Source: Camelus ferus (lineage: Eukaryota). Taken from it: 64,000 bases of DNA. Shown piece after piece: positions 26,168-38,630 of the stretch; within the stretch, counting starts at the first letter, position 1, and the number at the start of each line of letters is the position of its first letter. The notes under the pieces are model-generated. The model was given only the letters and a program-made list of their open reading frames with translations. It did not search any database and was not told the DNA's origin. The stretch lies in NCBI RefSeq assembly GCF_009834535.1, contig NC_045697.1, positions 23,438,001 through 23,502,000 of the forward strand, written 5' to 3'. Made by a program: the position numbers and the translations under genes.

Positions 26168-26662
26168 GTCTTTTCCTCATTCTTGACCATTTTCCCCTGG
26201 AGCTTTTTATCAGCTAATGTACAAGAATTTAAACTTCTCCAGGCAGTCACTATAGATAGAAACAAAGAACTGTTAACCAATTTTTTGAGCAGCATTTTCA
26301 GGTTAATTTGTACCCTCTTAGCATTAAGTTCACAGGACAGTGGCTCCCTTCCAAACACTGGGCTTCCTACACAGAGAAAGAGAAACAAAGTTCACATTGT
26401 CTAACTTAATATGCAAATAATTCCTAAACTGAATTAATACTCAAAATGTAAAGGTAAGAATAAAAGATCCTACATGTTAAATTGTCTGAAGTCACACAAA
26501 ATAAAGTGATTCCGGTTGAGTGCTAAGCTATACCATTGGCTTCTCTCTCCAGAAAACCATGCTGCTAGTATTGAAGTCTTTACACAGGGACTCGCTGTCT
26601 CTAGAACGGATTCAGCTGAGGTTATTAATTACCCGTAGTTCTAGATGCTGATTTTCTGTTGC

Positions 26663-27591
26663 TGTGGAAATCAGTGAAGACTGAGCAAATGAGAACAAGC
26701 AAAGACCTATTTATTTAAAGCTTGCTATAGATCAGGGAGTCAGCCACCATCATTTGTTTTTGGTAGAGATTCAAAGGTAGGCAGAGCAGTGGGAAAGCCT
26801 TATGATGAAAAAAGGGAAGGTTCCCAGTCTGCTGTGATTGGAGACTGCTGGCATGGGGAAGCTGGAGTTGGTTAAGAAGGAAGGTACCCTGTGAGAGGGG
26901 TTAGGAGGATATGTTTGGGTTCTCCTGCTAACTAAAAATCGGCACTTGCCATTTGCCTCTGCAAGGATTGGATCGCATTGGCATTTGCCATCTAACTCTG
27001 TTTGGATTAAATCATGAGCCACTGCAGCCACTGACCTCCAACACACCCTGAAAAGATTTTAGGATGGATGTCAGAAATGAGGTGCTCTGTGCTCCGGGAA
27101 AACTGATTGAACAGGCCTTCAGATAGTTAGATATTTTCAGGAGAAGATTTTATGACCCCAATTCTTGTGTCTCCTTATATCTAGAAAAGAACTAAAATCA
27201 TTAACGGTGACATCTGCTCCTCGTGACTAGCAGCAAACCTCTGCCTAGATGTGTGCTTGACTGCACGTACCGCCCCCTTCACTGAAATGACATATATAAT
27301 ACTGAATTTCCCTTCTGCCCCTTTGGAACAGTTTCTCAGAGCTTTCTGGGATGCTGTCTCCTGGGTTATAGACCTCATTTTGCCCCAAACAAAACTTAAC
27401 CCACAACTCTCATGTTGTGTGATTTTATTTCAGTTGACACTCCAGATGGTGTTAAGATGGAAGTAGGGGCAAAATTTAGGGATGGTGTCTGTCACTGAAC
27501 AAGTCCTGACATGTTCCTGCAGAGATTGTGTGTCAGGGTCCTGTTTTTATGAATGGTCTGCCCTGTGAGCCTTTGTACATTCAGTCTCTCA
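26663..27591 (-). mobile_element. Middle ERV1 LTR, split into 26663-26925 and 27444-27591
   Basis: TGTGG...TCTCTCA termini, TSD TTGC (26659-26662)/CTGC (27592-27595); TTTATT followed by AGCTTGCTATAG...GGGAGTCAGCCACCATCA. Confidence 0.8.
26926..27439 (+). mobile_element. Inner ERV1 solo LTR
   Basis: TGCTAACT...AGTTGACA termini with exact TSD CTCC (26922-26925 / 27440-27443); related to 5303-5781 (shared TAGAAAAG.ACTAAA and TTATTTCAGT.GACA). Confidence 0.92.
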
Positions 27592-28020
27592 CTGCCTTCA
27601 AAGAGGACACTCTCCACTGGGAGAAACAAATGACCAAGATGGCTGACGAAACACACTTTAAACACAAAATTTTTCATCGCCCTGTTGAACCTTCCCTTTC
27701 TCCTTTAGCGTGTGTTATGCATATGCATTAACCAGCCCTCCTTAGGAGATAACCTTTCTTCTTAATCTTGTAATGGATCACAGTGACCCATTACTTGCTT
27801 TCTATGTGTAGATCTGGATTGTGTAAACTGTCCATAATATGTCATTTGGCATATAACACTGTCTCAAAAACTTATATGACTGTGCTTTGGCCTCTAAGAA
27901 ATGGGACAGTCCTCAGAGCTTTCTGAAAGACCATCTCTTGAGTTATAATCCTCAAGTTGGCTCAAAATAAATTTTTCCATTTCTTTCTTAGATCAACTGT
28001 TGATTCATTTTTCATTAGCG

Positions 28021-28552
28021 TAGCCTTAGCATTCCCCTCAGCCCAACTAAACTTTAGACATTTTTCTTCCTGAGTTTCCTTACTCTAGGACTCTTCACCT
28101 CTTCTTCTTAGAGTATTTAATTTGGAAAACTTGTAAATTCTGCCCCTTTGGATCCAAACCTTGAAAAGGCTCTTGCCAGTTTTACAGCCCAGGATTCTAT
28201 TTCTCAGGGTCCTAGAAGCCATTCTTCTGAAATAAATCATCAAGGATGATAGTGCCTCGTCTTCCAGTCTCTGTGGGAGGGCAGGAGCCTGACTTCTAAC
28301 TTTCTAGGACACCTTGTTGCAGATTGTAAAACTGCCTCCCATGAAGAAGAGAAAATTTTCTATTTCTTTAGGTAAAGCCAAGCAGCAAACACAGATGGTC
28401 TGTGAACTTCCCCAATTCCAGCTCTTAAAATTTCTCCCAATCTTTGCTTTATTGGAGTTGAGTTCAGACTCTCTCACTCCTATTTCAATAGTTTCGAATA
28501 AAGCCTTCTTTACCTATTCAACTTTATCTGGTGCAAACTTTGCTTTGTCACA
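28021..28552 (+). mobile_element. MER67-like ERV1 LTR
   Basis: AACTAAACTTTAGACA, CCAGTCTCTGTGGGAGGGCAGGAGCCT, GCAAACACAGATGG, GGAGTTGAGTTCA, AATAAA; ends TGTCACA. Confidence 0.8.
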
Positions 28553-29384
28553 TTCATCATAACTTTAGTGTTACATTTTTTTTCCCTGTTCTATACTTTA
28601 AAGAATAAAATAGTTAAATGTGAAAGGTAGAAAGACTAAAGTAAAATTACAATTTAAAGTGTTAAGAAGAAAACAACAGATAAACAGATAAGACATTGGC
28701 TGAAACTCAACTAGCACATTGAGTCTTATTTACATAACCATTTATTTAAAAAAGAAAAATAAACTTTGCTTAAAAACTTTTTGCAAAAAAAAATAATGAT
28801 TAAAATAATAATTTAAAATAAAATGACTGTAAATTGAGCCAGAGAAGATCTTTTGGGATAAGCAGCTTCAGCCTTTTCTTTTTTTTTTTTTTTTAACATC
28901 TTTCCAAAAAAATCTGTGGTCATTGTTAACCACATGGTTCCTGACTGGTGTTATCCCAAGATAATTTTGTTTAACATTATGGTAGTTTCTCTAACTTTGG
29001 TCACTCTCCATACTACTCTTAATATGATAATTCACAGAGTAAAAAGGGTTAACATTTGGCCCATACAAAAAGGGGTGAGTTTTGAAATGGCTGCCAAAAC
29101 AAACAAACAAACAGAAGGAATGAATTACTGTCTGGTCTAAAATTGAACTTCAGAATATTGTTTGCAAACTCTTACTAACATTCCATTCACTAGGTCTAGA
29201 TAATTGTCTCTTATAACCTCTAAAAAATCTTCAACTTGGAATTGTATGTAGACGTTCAAATAGCTAAGGGTTACTCAATCACACCAACTCTTTTACAAAC
29301 AAACAAACAAACAAACAAAACTTCAACAAGTCTACACATGGAGAGAAAAAACTCTAATGTGGAATCATTAATAAGCATTCCAGA

Positions 29385-29508
29385 GGGGGGAGGGTATACC
29401 TCAAGCACTAGAACTTACACTCAGTGTGATGAGGCCCTGAGTTCAATCCCCAGGACCTCCTCCAAAAATAAATAAACAAACCTAATTATCACCCCTCCAA
29501 AGAAAAAG
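29385..29508 (+). mobile_element. tRNA-derived SINE, camelid (Vic-1-like)
   Basis: GGGGGGAGGGTATACCTCAAG head, B-box-like GAGTTCAATCCC, AAATAAATAAACAAACCTAATTA tail; TSD AA(T/C)AAGCATTCC at 29370-29381 and 29509-29520. Confidence 0.9.
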
Positions 29509-30325
29509 AACAAGCATTCCTGTGTCAGCAGGGGGATGGTGATATGATTAGCCACAAGTTTCTGGCTAATCTGGTTTGACTTGATATCTAGGTTTTAGTG
29601 CCATCTCCATCTACTCATTTAATGCCGAGTGCTCTTCATGACCCACAAAGACCCACATAAGAATGGGTGCATCCTTCTTTTAGGAATTTAACATCAATAG
29701 CAGACACTTTTGTCTTTTTTATCTATAATATAAAAAACATAATTTAAGTAGAGGCTCTTTATCAAATGTTTCAGTATTCATAATTGTATACCTTCTTAAT
29801 TGTATTGAACTAGAAATCTGATTCTCTTTAAAACACTGCCAAGTGTTTGCCACTGATTTCCATTTCCTGAGAACGTTTGCTCCGTATCTATTCTATATCC
29901 TTAAAATTGCTGCAGTAGGTGAGTTTTTGTCTCCTAGTTTTTGAGAGAAAGAGAATAATCTCCAGAATACTTATAATCCAAAAACAAAAAAACTGTCTCA
30001 ATAAAAACAGCCAAATTTTTCTGAATGTTTACTAAGTGTCAGGAAATTTGCACTGGCTTTAAAACATATGATTTTAACTTTTATAAGCCAGTGATACACA
30101 TAGTATATGATATAAGTATTATTGTTCATCAGGTGAGAAAGATAAATAAGCATCAGAACACAAACCCATTAATTACCATTATGCAATACTGACTTCCCAT
30201 TCCATTGATATTCCGTGAAGTAATACCCATCACCTCAGTGGCTGTAACCAGAGAATATGACCCTTTTTCATGATTCCATGGCCTTTATCTTATTTTTAAG
30301 TAAATTAGGTCTACATTCAAGCTCT

Positions 30326-30755
30326 TGTTAATCTGAAACATTAAAACAGTCAGTTACTTTATCAGCAAAATGGGTTTATTCAGGAGCAGAAAATAATTGC
30401 AATTTTGGATGTGGAATGACGGCAAACCATATGCAATTCCAGTAAAGCAAATGAGACGAAACTCCTTTATAGAGGAGATGTAGTTGGGAGGAGCTGTTTA
30501 TAACACAAAGTCCATTGAAGGAAACTGGGAGTTAAAGTGTTGTGGCTTTTCATTGGCTGAGTCATGATAGTTTCTCATTGGCTGAGTTGTTGCCAGGTAA
30601 GAAGAAAATCTGCCTTCCTCCTATTGGCAGTAGTACTTTGGTGTCACTTCCTACTAGAAATGCAAGGTGTGTCTCTTCCTGTGGGGATCTGTATTGAGGT
30701 CAAGTTGTACTTCTGGCCTCCTGACTAAATTTTAGCAGAGTTATTAATTTTCATG
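30326..30755 (-). mobile_element. ERV1-type solo LTR
   Basis: Starts TGTTAATC, has GGGTTTATTC (AATAAA on -) and tandem CATTGGCTGAG boxes; flanked by (G)CTCT on both sides (30321-30325 / 30755-30759). Confidence 0.8.
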
Positions 30756-31849
30756 CTCTCAACCTAATAAAGTTATTGGAAACACAGTTACATTATACAA
30801 CATGATCAATATTGTAATACAATGTATGCACCAAATGTTGTAAGAGAACACAGACTTCTCTCAACAACAAAAAAATAAATATAACAAACTAAAAGTTAAT
30901 TAATGCTATTTATACTGTCTTTTATTTTGAATCACTGTGAACCACTAGTAGTTCTAAATGAAATATGCAGTCTCGACCAGGTCCTTCTGTATTATTTTGA
31001 GTGACTTTTCATGTTTGAGTCTTTCTTTGGCATTTATCTCCTCATATGTATTATATCATGATTGATTTTCCCCCAATGCCCAGTCAGATCCTCAGAGAAC
31101 AGTAAGATTAAAAAAGAAAAACAAAAAGGAAAGAAAGCATATTTAAACGCATTTACAAAATAGGATATATGAACTGTTTTGATTATTTAAAATCTGTCTA
31201 AATGAAATGTGCAGCATCACACACTCAACATCTTATCCAAACTTCTGTTAAGAAGACATGTGAGTGGAACTGGTATTTTCCACTTTACGCAATTATCTAA
31301 AGCTCCTTCAACTCAGTTTCTGCTGAAATTACATCTTGTCCTTGGGAGTGAAAAGGTCTTTGTTGTTTGTCTTTGTCTCATGACCTCATTCTTCTCCACA
31401 GAAGACTTAGGGATTCATCATCAGACCCTTAGAAAAATACAGCATTTATTAAACCTCTTGTTCATGGTCCAGGTCTGAGAATCATACATAAGAAGGCTTG
31501 GTTTATAAGGAAGGAAGCAATGTCGATTCAAGCAAAGCTGAATGATAGCTGACAAGTAACATCCAACATATACAGATAAGGTCAAGATGAATGAAAGATC
31601 CAAGAGAGCGAATTATAACTTGCTGGGTTTCATTGTGGGTACTCAGACGTTGGAAAAGAGACACTGAGAAATTCATGTAAGTAAACACATTTTTACAGCT
31701 GTGTTAGAATCTGGACATACATATATAGAATGGATTGACACATGGGATGTGTGCCTTAGGGGAGCAGTTGTTCTTCTGCTATAGTTCACTAGGGTGACAC
31801 TGGTTCCAGTTTCTAGGGTGATAATATATAATAGTGCCCTGCAGGTTGT

Positions 31850-32030
31850 GTCTCTTAGTTGGAAACATTACACTGGAAATGGAGATAATATAAAGATTTT
31901 TATGGTTAATAGTACGCTATCTCTTTTTATTAATATTTTCATTGGAAATATCCTCATTATGTGTTTATTATATTTTCCTAATGCTCTGCAATAAATATGT
32001 ATGGCTTTTATAATCAGAAAAAAAATACAT
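31850..32030 (+). mobile_element. L1ME 3' terminal fragment
   Basis: CTGCAATAAATATGTATGGCTTTTATAATCAGAAAAAAAA ending. Confidence 0.6.
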
Positions 32031-32654
32031 GCTACTAAAAATTTTCTAACATATACTTATGGTTAAACCTGCTAGACAAGGGAAATACTGAAAATGAAAG
32101 CAATAAGATAACTTTCTCATTTGGGTAATTGAAAAAAATGACTAGCCTAAAGTGAATTTAATTTGGCAATTGCCCATATTTTATGTCCCCAATATGAATT
32201 TTATCTATGTTCCCAAGTTCATGCAGTTGTGATAAATATGGACTATTAATACTGTTGAAAAATTCTGTACCTTTATTCAACAAAATATTGTGGTACTAAT
32301 CACAAATTTTTAAAGAGCTGTGGAATAAAATGGGAAAACTGTGGGAAAAGATGGGAAAGTTGTGGGGAAAAAGCTGTGGACTAAATGACAAACTGAATGA
32401 CTGCACAAATGAATGAGTGATATATTCTAGTTGTTAACACCTGAGTTGAGAATAAATCATGTCATGTACGGGTAGTGCAGAAAGGAATGTTCCGAGTAAT
32501 CAAAGGAATTTATGTCATCCTTGTGACTGATCTCAATTATTCTGAAGGGAGAAATACCCATTCCACTCCCACAAAAAGCATGTCCATAAAGCCATCATGC
32601 TTTACTTTCAGTGTACTTTACGGCATGTAGAAAAAATTGATAAAGTCATTAAAT

Positions 32655-32850
32655 TAGACTCATAAATTCACAGAATTTTGAGGCTAAAAGTGTATTTTCG
32701 AGACCATTTAATCTAACACCCTCCATCTATTGGATCAGAAAGCAAAGGCATAAATACTAAGATTATCTCCTCAGTTCACACAATGACTTAACTCTGAGCT
32801 TCAGTTAGAACCCTGTACTTGTCCTGCTCAACCACTGGTTCCTACGCTGT
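32655..32850 (-). mobile_element. Decayed MIR
   Basis: CACAGAATTTTGAGGCTAAAAG...GAGACCATTTAATCTAACACCCTC...TTAGAACCC. Confidence 0.6.
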
Positions 32851-33219
32851 ACTGAAACTGGTTTTCTTCAGGACCCAAGAGACACAGTGGCAGGATAAAA
32901 ATATACAAACTGGCTTTTAATTTTAATTTAAAAATGATAACTTGATCAATGCAATGTTTTAATCAAATAAATCAGAAAAATGGAAAAATTTTGATATGTG
33001 GTGTGGAATTACTAAACCATTGTCATGTATTAACAAATATATTACCTTATATTTAACCCATTACCATCTTCTCTTTGTGTTTTCTAGTTTTAAGCCATAA
33101 TTGAAATTGAGATACCCCCATGAAATATAATGTTATGAAAGGGGAAAAAAAAGTCTAACAAAGACTTATAATATTGAAAACTGCAGAAATCCTGGTGAAT
33201 AATGAGTACTTTCAAACTC

Positions 33220-33867
33220 TGTACCAAGAAACTTAACCAAATTTTAGCCTGGCTTCTAGCAGCTTTTAGCCTTGACTCAAGGATGACCTCAGTTCCCTCT
33301 AAAATGCCTGCCTGAGAAAGCTCAGTGTTGCTAGGAAAATTTGCTATTTGTTCTAGCTAAAACTTGGTGATAGCCAGATAAACCTCTGAACACCTTCTTG
33401 AAGCAGTTACTTCAGAAATCTTGCAATTTTAAGTCCTTTCTCTGTCCTTCCAGATATAAATCTACTACCCAAAACTGTCGCCTCAAGGACCTTGAGAATT
33501 GGCTCTTTGAAATGCAAGCGTTCAGGAAGACTCCCAGGCACTCTCTCCCAGTCCTTGGGGGAGGATAAGAACCTAAATTCCATAGGCACCTTGCTTCAGT
33601 TACCTCCTGTCATAAAGATACACTGGGGAAGCCTGCTTCAATCACCTCCCTTCATGAAGTTCCTTTCTCCTCTAGCTGTGCCAGTCAACAAAAGCTGGTA
33701 GCCTAGACCCATGGACTGACACCCATCAACAACTTTCAGTGCCTCTCCCTCAGCACAGGCCAGGCTTGAAATTTCCAGCCTTTCGTTTCACAGCTTTGAG
33801 TTCAATTCACACTGGACCATCTTTCCTGTTGCAGTGACTAGTGTCCATTTTTGTTTATCATTGACGA
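33220..33867 (+). mobile_element. Old ERV1 LTR (MER67/MER89/MER90 group)
   Basis: AAATGCCTGCCTGAGAAAGCTCA, CTCAAGGACCT...CTTTGAAATGCAA, CTCCCAGTCCTTGGGGGAGG and CCTCCTGTCATAAAGATA; similar to 28021-28552. Confidence 0.75.
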
Positions 33868-35643
33868 TACACTGCTAGGTGGCCAGAGTTGGCAGATCAA
33901 AATCAGACCACGGGTGATTGTATGAGGTCCTCTCATTGCAACTATTTCAGGAGTATCAAGACCTACACTGTAATATGATGCCATCCACATAAACTCCACT
34001 TCATACCATATTTTGAGATTAAATATAAACGTGAATGTTTAATTTCTAAAAAGCATCAGTGTAGCTGGAGTTGATGCTCAAAACAGAAGAACTGACTTCC
34101 TAACCTGTTCGATTTGACTAAGAAAGCAAATTCCTAACTTTAAGGCAGGTAGTACCCACTCTACATCTTCAAAGTCCAGGTGGATTTAATGTGTGATACC
34201 TTTGTTATGAATGATGGGAGTCCAGAAAACTAGCTAACTAGAGCATACAAGTACTAATCCAACAACATTAGAATGTAGAATAATAAAATCCCAACCAATA
34301 TGTAAGTTAATTTTGAGCCTTAGCTGGCTATGTTTTTACCCGTGGTTTAAGATAATAATTATGTGCACAGAAAAAACTGTTTGGAGTCATTAGTTTGCTT
34401 ATAGGTCTATTAAATTCCTCTATATGTTTTTAAAACTGTTTCTTTTTAAATTAAGGGTTGAATCAACATAGAAAGACATAAAATGATTTTTTGTATCTGG
34501 TGTGTTTATAAATTTAGCTTTAAATATATGCTATATCTGAAGAAATAATGTATTTCTTTATTTTAACATAATTCAGGGCTTTCTTATTATTATTTCACTA
34601 GGTTATCAAAGATATATGAAAGCTATAACTATATCAGACACTGAGAATAAGAGTATTTGGTACAATTTGAGAGTTTTGAATACATCAACTATAAAGCCAA
34701 CAACAACAAAAATCTTTGCTAAAATTGTACTCTCAGAAATTTAATTCATCTAACCAATATCAAAATAAAAACACATTTTAAACATCAATTCAATTTTCAG
34801 TCTCCTCACCTTTGGTGTGAATTAGTTCACACAGACTTATTTTCCTAAAAGTTAAGGACAAAAAAAAAGTTAGGAACAAGCAATTGTGAGGTTTGTGTGT
34901 ATTTATTTTAGTTTTGTTTGAAAGGAGTAAGTGTTGGACTTCAAGTCTGTACTAGGAAACCTGATGTCAGGAGAAGGGCTGTGCCAAAATTTAGGAGATA
35001 TCATGTGAGCCAAACACAGGAAGGAGTCAGAGGCAAACGATCTACTTGAAAATTTCCCAGCGAAAGTCTTAGGTATAAAGTTGGCCTTGTTAACTGCACT
35101 AAACAAATATTATCAGAATGGCTGGGGAACCTGAGACTCACGGTCATTTCACACCAATTTATGTGAGGTATTTACTGACAGCCTATGATATTTAAGGTCT
35201 TATGCTTTGTACAAAGTTTGAAAAGGCATTATTAAAGAAGCTAAAACATTTACACAAATAAGTAGGATGAAGGACCATATGTAAGTAATCAGTCCTCTTA
35301 TTTTTATTTCTAAGTTCATCCATTTCCTTTCTCCCATGTAGAACATTCAGAAATGTTGAAAAAATATATTGGAAAATTATCAGAGCTTTGGTGAACAGGT
35401 TGCATAGTTGCTCATTCTTAGCAGAAGCTGTGGATAGTATATTGTAAACAATTTTTAAAGGCAGTGTTTAGATGGAAAGATTTTTAAGACCTTGATGAAA
35501 AATGTAAAGGAAAAAGTGTAAAAGAAATACCATGCGGCAGGCAGAGAAGTCCACAGAAGATGGCATTCTGTAGCTTTGTATCTTCAGACCCCAAATCTTA
35601 CTGCTGGATTCTACTCTCAGTCTTCTTTCTCCTGATAGATGAC

Positions 35644-35917
35644 TTATATTTTTTTCCTATTGAAGTATGTACAATCAATTTACAATGTTGTGTTAATCTC
35701 TGGTGTACAGCATAGTGATTCAGTTATACACACACATATATATATTCTTTTTCATAATAAGTTACTACAAGATATTAAATATAGTTCTCTGTTCTATACA
35801 GTAGGACCCAGTTGTTTACCTATTTTATATATAGCAGTTAGTATCTGCAAATCCTGAACTCCCAACTTATTCCTCCCTGACTCTTCCCCTCTGGAAACCG
35901 TAAGTTTGTTTTCTAGG
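35644..35917 (-). mobile_element. 5'-truncated young L1 3'UTR with TSD
   Basis: TTGAAGTA...TTTACAATGTTGTGTTAATCTCTGGTGTACAGCATAGTGATTCAGTTATACA; TSD TCT(C/T)CTGATAGATGA at 35628-35642 / 35918-35932. Confidence 0.92.
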
Positions 35918-37227
35918 TCTTCTGATAGATGATGCTGGGTGACATACTACTTCTTAATACTGAGTAGCTGAAAAACTACCTAATATGTGTGTGCTCCAAA
36001 CATTTCAGATGTAAAAAAGGAAGAAGCAAAACCTAAAAAAAAAAAAAGAAGACTTTAAGAGAATAGTAGGCCAATTCTTCATGTGGCACATGCTTCGTAC
36101 CCCTCTCCACCCTCATACCTCCCAGAGGTCAATTCATCTCCTCTGGAAGCAGTGGTGGGTCATAGGGAGGGAAACTAATGTGAGTAGCTGTGGAACCATC
36201 ACACAGAAGCCCGGCATGAGCAAAATGCTGGGACTCCAGGGACATCTAGTCTGCTAGCAAGACTCATGTTCAGATTACCCAAGGAAATACTTAAGTGATA
36301 CAAAGGCTTCAGTAAATAATGCCATCTAACCTGAAAAATCCAGGATGCCATATATAGATACCGACTGTCTAAACAATGGAGTTTGAAGAGGAACAGAACA
36401 ATTTTGTGGGATTAGGAAGAAAAGATTTGGAAAATACTCAAATAATAGAAGTAGTAGTTAACCTCCGAGAGACTTTTTCATGAATAATCTGCCTCAGAAA
36501 AAGATCTAGGACACTGGAAGTAAGTACACTGGAGAAACATATTATCATGTGTGGTTTAAATAACACAGTGTGACTGAGCTGAAGGTACCTTTCACATATT
36601 ACATGATTCTCAGTTTAAAACACTGAGGCAAAGCTGAAGGACCATTTATTCAATTCACAACAAATGAAAATGTACAGAACCAATGTGCCCTAAAAATAAT
36701 CATACCAAGTTAACATTTAATAATTTGAAATCAAGCAGTGGCTTTTAAAAAGAAAAATCTGCATTCAGTTACCAAACTGGAGCACACCTAGTTCACATGG
36801 TTATTTTCTACTGAATTACACTCTTCATAGTATTTTCTATTTTAAATTGACTCACAGACCCAAGAAAACCAATGCTATGAATGAAAAGATGCAGAGAAAT
36901 GAAGCCATTTTTATTCCATCAATAGGAGTCCAAAAGGATAGAGCAAACAAAACTAGTTCTAATAGGATTATCTACTGATATTATTAAGGTCCAGTAAAAA
37001 TGGAGGAAATCCAGGTTTAAATACACCTACTGTTTAATTCACCTGCGTACAGTTTGCATCTAGGATGTCTCTTTTCTTTCTCTTTTTCTCTATTTCTTTC
37101 TCTCTCTCTTTCCTTTGCATGGATAAATAAATTGTTCCAAAATTATTTAGAAAATATAAATGAAAGAAATTTAACCTACATGATGACTCAACATTTACAT
37201 TTTACACCTAAAATAATATCAAACATA

Positions 37228-37564
37228 TTTAGACCTGTGCTGTTTACTACTATAGGCAATTGTCATATATGGTGTTGAGCCCTTGAAAGGGGGTTGGGCA
37301 AATTATGATACGCTAGATGCATAAAAAATATACAACCTGCCAGAAGTGCACAAATAATTAAAGAAGAAAAAATAAAATATCATTAATGATTCTTATATTG
37401 ATTACATGCAGAAAGGATAATATTTTGGCTATATTTGGTTAAATAAATATATTATTAGATCAGTATTACCCATTTCACTTTATACCTTTAAATGTGGCTA
37501 ATGGAAAAATTTAAGTTATATATGTGATTTACATTATATTTCTACTGGACAACACTGCTTTATA
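37228..37564. mobile_element. MER33-like hAT-Charlie element
   Basis: TATATTGATTACATG...GATAATATTTTGG...AAATGTGGCTA...CATTATATTTCTACTGGACAACACTG. Confidence 0.85.
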
Positions 37565-37789
37565 GTGCTAGGATATTAATTAATATATATTAGTAAAATA
37601 TTTTAAAAAATGAAAATATTTGTTATTCTAGAGTCCATTTTATGTGATTTAGGACTAGATCTAATCTGATATTTAGAACTCTTTAATAATGTAGCAAAAT
37701 ATATGGAAAATAGTTTGTATAAGAAATCACTTTGAAGTTACCTAACAGGAAACATGCCTGCAGCACTCTGTTTTAAAACTTTATATAAT

Positions 37790-38420
37790 GTATGAGTAGT
37801 ACATACAACCAAAATTAAGAATGACAGGTTGGATTTTTAGCATTTGGAGTTTAAGATTTATAGAAATATGACTTCCAGATCTATGAAGCAGACGTTCCAA
37901 AACCTGACTTCTTAGTTCCTTTCCCTTTTCTCCTTCAGTGATGTTGTTCTTCACCCTCACTTCAACCACCCATCATCTTAGTCATAGCCCACACTTTTTT
38001 CTGCAATTATTTTAATACTCTCCTCCCATAGTCTCAGTTTCATACATTCTGCTCTCTGACCACCTCATCCTAGTGTTCCAGTTTTTCCCTCCCAATACTC
38101 CAACTTCTGTAGTCACTCAACATACTGGAAACTAAACTATGGGTCTTACCACCTCTCTATAGACATCAGTTTCACTTCTTCCCACCTTGTACAACTTACA
38201 GTTCATGATAAATCATTAAAATCACTTCCCTATTAGTGACCTTCTTTTCAACCTCAGTGAGGAAAGCAATACTTTCTCCAAGCCTCCACTGCCATAACAA
38301 TCTTCTACATTGTGTTAAAAATTGATCTTTCCTGTCTTCTGGGTGTTTGTCACTAAAGCTCTGTGACACAATATATCTTCGGGGAGTAGTAAGGGATTTG
38401 TCAAATAGCAAACAGACACT
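37790..38420 (+). mobile_element. Decayed L2 fragments
   Basis: Pyrimidine-rich L2-like tracts (CATCATCTTAGTCATAG...TTATTTTAATACTCTCC). Confidence 0.45.
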
Positions 38421-38630
38421 CAAATAATCATTTAAAAATGAGAAAATAAAAGGATAAACAATAGAGGTATTCCCCCTCCTATTTTACCAGATAACTTTCC
38501 TCTGTATTTGCAAAACAAAACATTACCAATTTCTACTTGATTGTTTTTTTTCAAGAATTTCATTTTCCTTCAAGAATATTTTATTTATTTTTAGTCACAA
38601 ACGGAGAAGTTGCCACTTAAGGAGAATAAC

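Larger units (their letters stand above)
26487..28020 (+). mobile_element. Outer ERV1 LTR, split into ~26487-26662 and 27596-28020
   Basis: 3' part has CAGTCCTCAGAGCTTTCTGAAAGAC...GTTATAATCCTCAAGTTGGCTCAAAATAAA typical of cetartiodactyl ERV1 LTRs. The 5' part is assigned by continuity across the TTGC/CTGC TSD; its own TSD is not seen. Confidence 0.65.

Noticed and set aside
26030..26404. 124-aa Phe-rich and 112-aa Lys-rich overlapping ORFs
   Set aside because: Artefacts of the (TTTTC)n/T31 tract.
5303..27439. Related + strand LTRs as two ends of one provirus
   Set aside because: Each has its own TSD (GTAT vs CTCC), they are 21 kb apart, only partly similar, and no retroviral genes lie between them.
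29385..29460. tRNA gene
   Set aside because: Only a degenerate tRNA-like head; the A-rich tail and TSD show it is a SINE.
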